Assembly: GCA_016927655.1 (NCBI GenBank) | Contig: JAFGMG010000003.1 | Location: 1-57,456 of the forward strand | Origin: Candidatus Dojkabacteria bacterium | GTDB lineage: Bacteria > Patescibacteriota > Dojkabacteria > B142 > JAFGMG01 | Direction of reading: 5' to 3' | Length of the DNA stretch: 57,456 nucleotides | Shown here: positions 16,773 through 24,342 of the stretch, in pieces | How positions within the stretch are numbered: position 1 is the first letter of the stretch | Layout: every line of letters starts with the position of its first letter | Position numbers and translations under genes: made by a program | Notes under the pieces: generated by a model | Databases searched by the model: none | What the model saw: the letters and a program-made list of their open reading frames with translations, nothing else | Told to the model about the DNA's origin: nothing

Positions 16773-17885
16773 ATGAAAAACAAGTCGTTACTCGAAAAAA
16801 CCCAACACGAAAGAAACCAGCTTATCAAAATCATCGATAATTCAACCGATGGTCTTCTTGTATTTGAAGACGGGAAATTGATATATGTCAGTCCGAAATT
16901 ATCCGAAATTACCGAATACACAGTTCCAGAGATAGAAGCAAATGAAACGGGGGACTTCTTAATAGCAAATGACGAAGAAAGAGAGAACATGAAAAGAATA
17001 GCAGCTGAAAGAGAAAGACTGAGGAAGAAAAAATCAACATATTTATCGAAACTGAAAACAAAATCAGGAAATATTGTACCGGTGGAAGTAACCACCACAA
17101 CATTCAAGCAAGGAGGAAAAACTCTTATGAATGTTTCATTTCGAGACATCAGCAGAGTAAATGAAGCTATCGAGCAACTTGAAAACATGTATTCAAATCA
17201 AGGTAAATTCTTTTCCGAAATCGCTCATTCACTCAAAACCCCATTTACCGTTATTTACGGCCTGCTTGAACTATATGAACACGGCGACGAAAAATCACGG
17301 GAAGAAAGTGTGCAAGAAATCAGGAAAGAACTGGATCTTGTGAATAAAAAAGTCTCTGATCTTCTAAAAGTTGCAAAGATGGAGATGCTCGATTATCCAT
17401 TAAAGATGCAAGTCATTCCACTTAATGAATTTTTAGAAGCATTTTATGTAAAGGCGAAATCTCTTGGTTACAAATACTGCGATAAAAGCCACAATCACAA
17501 TTGCCCTTGTTTCACTTACTCTAGGATGCAGGAAAAAACTATAATAAAAGCGGATAATGAAGTTTTGATGGATGTTTTAATGACACTAGCAGAGAATTCC
17601 TATGTACATTCACCCAGAAAAGGGCAAAAGCCGGCAATTTCGCTAAAAACTATAATTACAAAAAAACAAGTCAAAATTGTGCTCGAGGACCGGGGAAAAG
17701 GTATTTCCCGCACACAACTTAAAAAGCTTTTCACTCCTTTTGCAAAAAAACTCTTCAAACCAACCGGGCATGGTATTGGACTTCCAATGTGCAAAAAAAT
17801 GATTGGGAAAATGAACGGAGACATAATTGTAAAGAGCAAAGTTGGACAGGGGACAAAATTCATTATATCTTTCCCGATCAATTAA
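16773..17885 (+). CDS. Cytoplasmic PAS-domain sensor histidine kinase
   Basis: PAS-like N-terminus (DGLLVFEDGKLIYVSP...); H-box FFSEIAHSLKTPFTVI; N-box LAENSYVHS; G-boxes EDRGKGI and GHGIGLPMCKKMI. No TM segments. Confidence 0.85.
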   Translation: MKNKSLLEKTQHERNQLIKIIDNSTDGLLVFEDGKLIYVSPKLSEITEYTVPEIEANETGDFLIANDEERENMKRIAAERERLRKKKSTYLSKLKTKSGNIVPVEVTTTTFKQGGKTLMNVSFRDISRVNEAIEQLENMYSNQGKFFSEIAHSLKTPFTVIYGLLELYEHGDEKSREESVQEIRKELDLVNKKVSDLLKVAKMEMLDYPLKMQVIPLNEFLEAFYVKAKSLGYKYCDKSHNHNCPCFTYSRMQEKTIIKADNEVLMDVLMTLAENSYVHSPRKGQKPAISLKTIITKKQVKIVLEDRGKGISRTQLKKLFTPFAKKLFKPTGHGIGLPMCKKMIGKMNGDIIVKSKVGQGTKFIISFPIN

Positions 17886-18565
17886 CCGCGAGCAAACACT
17901 AGTGCATAGATTTTTTTTGTGCCTGCATTTTTCAGGACATACGCACATTCTTCCAGGGTTGTACCCGTAGTCATAACATCATCAATCAAAACTACTCTCT
18001 CGGGGATTTTTTCTTTTGGATTGATCCTGAAGACATCTTCCAAATTTTCGATCCTCTCTTTTCTGCTCATTCCAACCTGGGTTTTTGTGTTTCTGATACG
18101 TACTAAAAGATTTTGGCAATCAATCTCATTTGATACTCGCAGCTTTGATATCAGTTTTTTCGCAATTAATTCTGCTTGATTAAAACCTCTTGATTTGAGC
18201 TTTCTTTTATGGAGCGGGACTGGAACAAGACTTGTCCCTGCCTTATCTCCAGGCAACAGGAGAAATCCTGCCTCATAATATTCTGCCAGATAATTGACAA
18301 TATCTGTATAAAAATTATATTTCAGCTCGGCTATCAAATGCTCGACAGTTTTGTTGTATTTGCAGCAAACTACTACGCCATCAAGCGTGGTCTTTCTTTT
18401 GCAAGCCTTATGAACAAACCCGCCTGCTGTTTCCATTTTGCAAACGTGACATAGTTGAGCAGGTGTACGTTCTAAGTATCTGTACTCGCAAACTTTGCAT
18501 AGATATTCACCAAAGCTTGAACAGCTAATGCATTGTTTTGGAAATAAATAGTTCAATAATTTCAT
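17882..18565 (-). CDS. comF: ComF family protein (phosphoribosyltransferase domain, ComFC-like)
   Basis: N-terminal Cys clusters (CISCSS...CKVC, CHVCK...HKAC), RGFNQAE, and the PRPP-binding loop VVLIDDVMTTGTT. Confidence 0.85.
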   Translation of the reverse strand: MKLLNYLFPKQCISCSSFGEYLCKVCEYRYLERTPAQLCHVCKMETAGGFVHKACKRKTTLDGVVVCCKYNKTVEHLIAELKYNFYTDIVNYLAEYYEAGFLLLPGDKAGTSLVPVPLHKRKLKSRGFNQAELIAKKLISKLRVSNEIDCQNLLVRIRNTKTQVGMSRKERIENLEDVFRINPKEKIPERVVLIDDVMTTGTTLEECAYVLKNAGTKKIYALVFARG

Positions 18566-18567
18566 AA

Positions 18568-19566
18568 ATGCATTATAATGGGCAATTCTTGCGCAATTAT
18601 GGAAAAATTATGAAGGGAAAATGGAAAAAATATTTTGACATCTATGGGTTCGATCTATTCTTTATAGGATGTCTGCTGTTCTCGTTGATTTCTCTTGCCA
18701 GCAGCATTTTCATCCTGGATTTACTCCTAATTGCATCAGGATTATTCGCGCTTCCTGTTTTTATTTATCTGCTATTTAAACCTTTTTCCTATAATCCAAG
18801 AACTACATTTATTAAGATCAGCCACAAGCCTTCTAATTTACGGCTTGTATTTATCACGGACCTGCATTTTCATGAGTTTATGCCAAAGAATTATTACAAA
18901 AAAGCTTTTGAAAAAATAAATACCCTGAAGCCCACGGCAATTCTGTTTGGAGGCGATTTCGTCCACGATAGAAATACGAACTTTAGGCAGCTCGAAGAAC
19001 TGAGAATTTTAAACGCAAAGCACAAAATCGGCATACTTGGAAATCATGACTATGATATTAGAAAAGGAGATTTTCAAAAAGATCTTATTAGAACAGAAAA
19101 CTTCAAATACGGAGATCTGGTTGAAAAAGAACTGGAGAAAAACGGGATAACAATTTTGCGGAACGAAAATTTTGAAATTGGAGGAGTCAATGTATTTGGA
19201 CTTGATTCGCTTTGGGCAAAGAAGAACGACCTTTCAAAATACAAACCCGGAGAATTCAATATAATCCTGGCTCACAATCCAAGACTGGTTGAAGAAATGA
19301 ATGAAGTAAATGCCAAAGGCGTCAATTTTGTCCTTTGCGGCCATAATCATGGCGGCGGGCAGATAAGGCTGAATAAATGGATTTCGGCTCATGTATTGAT
19401 GGGACTTATTCAGCCAATCTGGTTCAAAGCTTTCGGAAGATGGGTGTCTGGGAGCTACAAGAACAAAGCGGGGATAAAGATGTTTCTAAACCGCGGACTT
19501 GGTGTAACTGGTATTTCTGCACGCATCAACTGCCCGCCAGAGATCACAATAATCGACATTAAATAA
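18568..19566 (+). CDS. Membrane-anchored calcineurin-like metallophosphoesterase
   Basis: Two N-terminal TM helices, then FITDLHF, GGDFVHD, GNHDY and CGHNHGG motifs in order. The true start may be the downstream ATG encoding MKGKW. Confidence 0.85.
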   Translation: MHYNGQFLRNYGKIMKGKWKKYFDIYGFDLFFIGCLLFSLISLASSIFILDLLLIASGLFALPVFIYLLFKPFSYNPRTTFIKISHKPSNLRLVFITDLHFHEFMPKNYYKKAFEKINTLKPTAILFGGDFVHDRNTNFRQLEELRILNAKHKIGILGNHDYDIRKGDFQKDLIRTENFKYGDLVEKELEKNGITILRNENFEIGGVNVFGLDSLWAKKNDLSKYKPGEFNIILAHNPRLVEEMNEVNAKGVNFVLCGHNHGGGQIRLNKWISAHVLMGLIQPIWFKAFGRWVSGSYKNKAGIKMFLNRGLGVTGISARINCPPEITIIDIK

Positions 19567-19580
19567 TTCCCTTCTCTCTG

Positions 19581-19589
19581 TGCTATAAT
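19581..19589 (+). promoter_or_regulatory. Extended -10 promoter element (TGCTATAAT) for the valS leader
   Basis: TGC TATAAT at 19581..19589. No good -35 is present, which is usual for extended -10 promoters. Confidence 0.4.
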
Positions 19590-19595
19590 TAAATC

Positions 19596-19800
19596 ACTTC
19601 CGGAAATAACGTCCCCGGATTTGAAGGAGGAAGAACGCAGAGTGTGAAATAATTTTGCAAGTAGAACCTCCCGGGATTAGCTCCGCAAAAAGCTTTTAAT
19701 GAGTGAAACAAAGGGTGGTACCGTCTTAGTTATTTACAAGAGTTTACAAAAGACCCCTGTCAGATCACAATAGTATTTTGTGGTTTGGCAGGGGTTTTTC
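19596..19800 (+). promoter_or_regulatory. T-box riboswitch leader controlling valS (transcription attenuation type)
   Basis: T-box sequence AAAGGGTGGTACCGTC at 19710..19725. The antiterminator can be drawn as GGG(19713-15)/CCC(19755-57) and GTCT(19723-26)/AGAC(19751-54) flanking a 7-nt bulge TGGTACC. A competing terminator follows. In stem I, GGAGG(19626-30) pairs with CCTCC(19667-71), with AGAGTGTGAAA in the apical part and a 3' internal loop AAGTAGAA that contains GTA (19661-63), a Val codon followed by a purine. Confidence 0.8.
19754..19800 (+). terminator. Intrinsic terminator of the valS T-box leader
   Basis: CCCCTG (19754-59) pairs with CAGGGG (19789-94). An inner helix ATCACAA/TTGTGGT extends the stem, and TTTTT follows at 19795-99. 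Confidence 0.7.
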
Positions 19801-19831
19801 ATTTGATATTTTCATGTTAGACTAAAATACA

Positions 19832-22800
19832 ATGCTACCAAAAGGACCATACAATTCCGGAAATACTGAGCCAGAGATTTTGAAATACTGGCTTGATGGG
19901 AAATTTTTTAAACCTGAATATCATCCTGAACGCGGTCTTCTTTCGACGGAAGAAATGAAAACGGATGGCAGAGAGCCGTTTTGCATAGTTAATCCCCCGC
20001 CAAATGCCTATATGAGACCGCATATTGGAAATGTCTCAGGATACGCTTACCAAGATGTCTTCCTCAGGTACAACAGGATGAAAGGCAAAAAAGTCCTTGG
20101 CCAGCCCGGAAAAGATCACGCAGGAATCCAAGGAGAAGTCGTTTTGGAGAAAATTTTCTGGGAAAACAAAAAAAAGACGAAACAGGACATGGGCCGTGAC
20201 AAATTCTACAAGGCTTCATACTCACATTTCCTAAAGCTCATGCCGATGGTAATGGCTGATGAGCAAAGAATCGGATTATCAAGCGATTATGATCGTAATA
20301 TTTTCACACTTGATCCGAAAATCGTAAAAACTGTTTTAGGGACATTTACAAAAATGTTTGAAGACAAGATGGTTTACAAGGGAGTAAGGATTGTAAACTG
20401 GGATCCTATTGCAAAAACCACACTTGCTGACATTGATACGGAACGCGAAGAAAGAGACGGAGAGCTGGTTTATATCAATTATCCTATTGCCGGCGAAAAC
20501 AAAAAGCCAAAAATAAAAACTATTGTTTTTGACATTTACGGAGTTGTTGTAAAGGCAGATGAGCAAAAAACAATTGATCAGGAAATTATCGCGCTCATTA
20601 AAGATTTGAAGCATCAAAATTATAAAATCGGGCTTTTATCAAATACTAAAGAAGAAAATCTTGTTGAGCATGACAGTGATGGCCAATATTTAAAGCTATT
20701 CGATTTCCAGTATTTCGCGGCAGATACAAATAATCCGAAACCAGATCCAAAAGCCTACGAGAAATTTGAAGAAAAGTATAGTTTAAAACCAGAAGAGATT
20801 TTATTTATTGATGATAATATTGAAAATCTTTCGCCTGCAAAAAAACGCGGGTGGATAACTTTTCATTATCAGGATAATACAGAAAATCTGAAAAAATTTA
20901 TCGAGACTGGCCGGGAATACCTAACCGTCGCTACCACCCGCGCAGAAACTATGCTTGGAGATACTGCCGTTGTCATAAATCCAAAGGACGAAAGATACAA
21001 GGATCTAATCGGAAAGAAGTTAATTTTACCGCTCGTTGACCGGGAAATTCCAGTTATCACCTCCCCTCATGTTGATATGGAATTTGGAACAGGTGCTGTC
21101 AAACTTACCCCTGCTCACTCCATGGACGACTACAAAATGATGAATGAATGGAATGTTGAAAATGGTGAAGAAAAAAAAGTCGGATATATAAATGTCATCG
21201 ACAAAGATGCCAAGATGACCGGACCGATTCCTGAAAAATATAAGGGCCTAACTACTGAAGAATGCCGAGAAGAAATTAGCAAAGACCTGGAAAAACAAGG
21301 CTTAATTGTCAAACGCGAGCCGCACAAAATGAACGTCATGATCGGAGAGAGATCAAAAGCCGTAGTTGAGCAGATTATGTCTTCTCAGTGGTTCATTGAT
21401 GTAGAAAAACTAAAGCAGCCTGCAATTGATGCTGTCAAAAATGGCGAAGTGCAGATTCATCCTGATTATATGAAGAAAAAATATCTTCATTGGATGGAAA
21501 ATCTCCATGACTGGCCGGTTTCCAGATCGCTTTGGTGGGGATATAGAATACCGGTTTGGTACAAAGGTGAAGTTAAAGAAGAAGTAAACCAGGAAACGGG
21601 GCAGATTATTGAAACCATCAACGGCGTTCAAGTAGATGGTATTTACGACGCGGTTGCAAAAGGTCTAGCTAAAGTGCAAATCGACGAGCCAGGATCGGAA
21701 AATCGAAAGAATTTATTCTTGATCCCAGGTAAACACGGGTATGCAAATAGGAAGCTCTTTCCAGAAATCAAAAATGAATATCCTCATGCAGCAATTTTGG
21801 ACGTAAAAGGATTAGATGACCCAGAATACAAAAATTATGTCGACGAGTTTAAGAAATATGACTTTGATGAAGCCTCCATCATTGTCGCCCACTCTTTAGG
21901 AACAAGGGCTATTCTAAGGTATTTGCTAGACAATAAAATCAAAGTAAACAGTTTAATAATGCTTGCTCCAGGATGTAGGAAGCCAAGATCAAATGGACGA
22001 GATCAAAAATATCTAGATTTAATCACAAATGCTCACGACTATGACCAATTGAAAGATCTAATTAAAAACATTGACATCGTGTATTCAGATAACGACGAAT
22101 TGATGACCCTGAAAAATTTTGAAGATTTTGTAAAGCTTATCCCTGGAGCAAAGGCCCATTTAGAGAAAAATAAAATGCATTATGCTAGCTCTGACTATGG
22201 GAATAGATCAGAAATAGTTAAAGGACTGCTTAAAGAAAAACTTGATGCGAATATTGAAAACAATTTGACCAAATTCACAGTCGTCCGCCACGCACAGACC
22301 GATCACAACAAAATAAAAGCTTTCTGCGGCTCGCTTGATCCCAAACTCAATAGAACCGGGCAGGTTCAAGCCGAGATGTTTGCCAGGACACTCAAAGAAT
22401 CAAACGAAAAATACGACATGATCATCAGCTCCGATCTGAAACGCGCAAAAGAAACTGCAGAAATTATCGCAAAGGAGCTCAAATTAGAAGTTATCAGTAC
22501 AGAATTGATCAGAGAAAGAGATTTCGGAATTCTTGAAGGGAAAACATGGCAGCAGGTCGAAACAGAATATCCAAAACTCGCAAAGAAAATCGAAGAACAA
22601 TATCAGGAAGAAATTCCTGAAGGAGAAAGTATAAACAAAGTCGAAGACAGGGTGCGAGCATTCCTTGATATGATTCGCAATGATTATTCCGGTAAAAAAA
22701 TTCTTCTTGTCACACACTTTGGAATAATCAGAATCCTAAAAAGAGAATTATTAGGCGAAACTCCAGAAGAATCAAGGAAAGGCCAGATAGACAATCTTCA

Positions 22801-23659
22801 GAGATTTGAGATGAGAATCAAACCAGAATCTGACTGGATTCAGGATCTAGATGTTTTTGATACATGGTTCTCCTCTGGTCAGTGGGCTTACGCGCCCTTG
22901 ATCGCAAATGACTTGATCGATACTTTCTACCCAACAGACATTATGGAGACTATGCATGACATTTTAGAATTGTGGGTAAGCCGGATGATGATGCTAAGTC
23001 TTTATACTCAAAAGAAAATTCCATTTAAACATGTTTATCTGCATGGAATGGTTAAAGCCGCCGATGGACAGAAAATGAGTAAATCTAAAGGGAATGTAGT
23101 TCTTCCCGAAGAAATAATCGAGAAATATGGCGCAGATTCCCTGAGACTAATGTATCTGGTTGGGAATAAAGCCGGAGCAAGCTACCCTGTCAGCTATGAA
23201 AAACTCGAAGGCTATAAAAGATTTCTGAATAAAATCTGGAACGCAAGCAAATTTGTGCTCTCGAACACGGAGAATATCAAACCTTCAGACAAAAGCTCAA
23301 ATAAAGAAGATAAAAAACTACTAAGAGAGCTCATGACACTCAAGCAGACCATTATCAGACATATCGACAATTACCGTATTGGAATGGCAGCAGAGGAGCT
23401 CTACAGCCATTTCTGGCACTATTTCTGTGATGTGTTCCTCGAAGAGGTTAAACCGAGATTGTATACAAAAGACAGGGAAGGTAATCCAATAAATCAAGGA
23501 CCAAAGGAACAGAAATCAAGAAAAGAAGCTCAATCTGTTCTACTTTATGCCCTTAGAGAATACATGAAAATGCTAAATCCTTTCATACCATTTATTACAG
23601 AGAGGATTTGGCAGGAAATTGAGCCTGAAAAAACGATTATGTATGAATCGTGGGTTTAA
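19832..23659 (+). CDS. valS: Valyl-tRNA synthetase with three inserted enzyme-like domains (HAD-like, alpha/beta hydrolase-like, histidine phosphatase-like) and no C-terminal coiled coil
   Basis: ValRS motifs in order: PPPNAYMRPHIGN, GKDHAGIQ, TTRAETMLGDTAVVINP, GTGAVKLTPAH, WPVSRSLWWGYRIPVWY, DVFDTWFSS, KMSKS and an anticodon-binding domain. The extra segments lie at aa 229-360 and aa 624-997. See findings. Confidence 0.9.
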   Translation: MLPKGPYNSGNTEPEILKYWLDGKFFKPEYHPERGLLSTEEMKTDGREPFCIVNPPPNAYMRPHIGNVSGYAYQDVFLRYNRMKGKKVLGQPGKDHAGIQGEVVLEKIFWENKKKTKQDMGRDKFYKASYSHFLKLMPMVMADEQRIGLSSDYDRNIFTLDPKIVKTVLGTFTKMFEDKMVYKGVRIVNWDPIAKTTLADIDTEREERDGELVYINYPIAGENKKPKIKTIVFDIYGVVVKADEQKTIDQEIIALIKDLKHQNYKIGLLSNTKEENLVEHDSDGQYLKLFDFQYFAADTNNPKPDPKAYEKFEEKYSLKPEEILFIDDNIENLSPAKKRGWITFHYQDNTENLKKFIETGREYLTVATTRAETMLGDTAVVINPKDERYKDLIGKKLILPLVDREIPVITSPHVDMEFGTGAVKLTPAHSMDDYKMMNEWNVENGEEKKVGYINVIDKDAKMTGPIPEKYKGLTTEECREEISKDLEKQGLIVKREPHKMNVMIGERSKAVVEQIMSSQWFIDVEKLKQPAIDAVKNGEVQIHPDYMKKKYLHWMENLHDWPVSRSLWWGYRIPVWYKGEVKEEVNQETGQIIETINGVQVDGIYDAVAKGLAKVQIDEPGSENRKNLFLIPGKHGYANRKLFPEIKNEYPHAAILDVKGLDDPEYKNYVDEFKKYDFDEASIIVAHSLGTRAILRYLLDNKIKVNSLIMLAPGCRKPRSNGRDQKYLDLITNAHDYDQLKDLIKNIDIVYSDNDELMTLKNFEDFVKLIPGAKAHLEKNKMHYASSDYGNRSEIVKGLLKEKLDANIENNLTKFTVVRHAQTDHNKIKAFCGSLDPKLNRTGQVQAEMFARTLKESNEKYDMIISSDLKRAKETAEIIAKELKLEVISTELIRERDFGILEGKTWQQVETEYPKLAKKIEEQYQEEIPEGESINKVEDRVRAFLDMIRNDYSGKKILLVTHFGIIRILKRELLGETPEESRKGQIDNLQRFEMRIKPESDWIQDLDVFDTWFSSGQWAYAPLIANDLIDTFYPTDIMETMHDILELWVSRMMMLSLYTQKKIPFKHVYLHGMVKAADGQKMSKSKGNVVLPEEIIEKYGADSLRLMYLVGNKAGASYPVSYEKLEGYKRFLNKIWNASKFVLSNTENIKPSDKSSNKEDKKLLRELMTLKQTIIRHIDNYRIGMAAEELYSHFWHYFCDVFLEEVKPRLYTKDREGNPINQGPKEQKSRKEAQSVLLYALREYMKMLNPFIPFITERIWQEIEPEKTIMYESWV

Positions 23660-24342
23660 ATAATTTTAGCCTCTTCTTGTATGCGTGCCACTACTTCGTC
23701 AGCCTCAGATTGATTGAAAAGTTCTAGATATTTATTTGGGCATCCCACATCGGACAACATAGCAATATTCCCAAAAAGATGATATGCCTTAGCTGCTTTG
23801 GGCCAGATTAATGCATCTTCCGGAAGTTCCTGACTACACAGTATTAAATTTAAATCCCCTTCGGGCAGATCTCTTAACATCCCCCAGTATCCCCCAATGG
23901 TTGTAACATTTCTCAATTCTTCCTCCAGATTCACTCGATTTTGCCCTCCTTGATTGATCTGCGTTTCGAGAAATGCCTTGATAGGAATACTTGTATTTTG
24001 AGCAGCAATCACCCTATGAGGAGCACTTGTGTATTGATTTAAGAGCCTGGTGCGAGTCACGGAAGGCAGGCTGGTTTGACTCACCAGTCTGCCGTTCAAA
24101 TCCAAAATCTCTTCAATGGGCACGCCCATTGCTATACAATTTCCTAACTCTCCTGTGTCAATCTGAATCAATCTATTTACTAGATCATGCGTATTCTTGA
24201 TGGCCTGCGGTAAAACCAAACCATTACCAAGCAATTCTAATACCAATCCAGCTTTTCGCGACGATACTCCATGAAGAGTACTCCCGACAGAAATCAATTC
24301 TGCTGGCCGGAATTGCGGTGATTGCCTAAGCTCTGGAAGCAT
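23656..24342 (-). CDS. Hypothetical protein, translationally coupled to tatD
   Basis: 228-aa ORF whose ATG overlaps the tatD stop (TAATG at 24340-24344). No recognisable motif. By eye the composition is less AT-rich than the neighbours. Confidence 0.55.
   Translation of the reverse strand: MLPELRQSPQFRPAELISVGSTLHGVSSRKAGLVLELLGNGLVLPQAIKNTHDLVNRLIQIDTGELGNCIAMGVPIEEILDLNGRLVSQTSLPSVTRTRLLNQYTSAPHRVIAAQNTSIPIKAFLETQINQGGQNRVNLEEELRNVTTIGGYWGMLRDLPEGDLNLILCSQELPEDALIWPKAAKAYHLFGNIAMLSDVGCPNKYLELFNQSEADEVVARIQEEAKII

Noticed and set aside
20516-22822. Inteins as an explanation for the extra ValRS segments.
   Set aside because: There is no Cys/Ser/Thr at the insert N-termini, no terminal His-Asn followed by Cys/Ser/Thr, and no Hint or homing-endonuclease blocks. 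The segments instead carry HAD, alpha/beta-hydrolase and histidine-phosphatase motifs.
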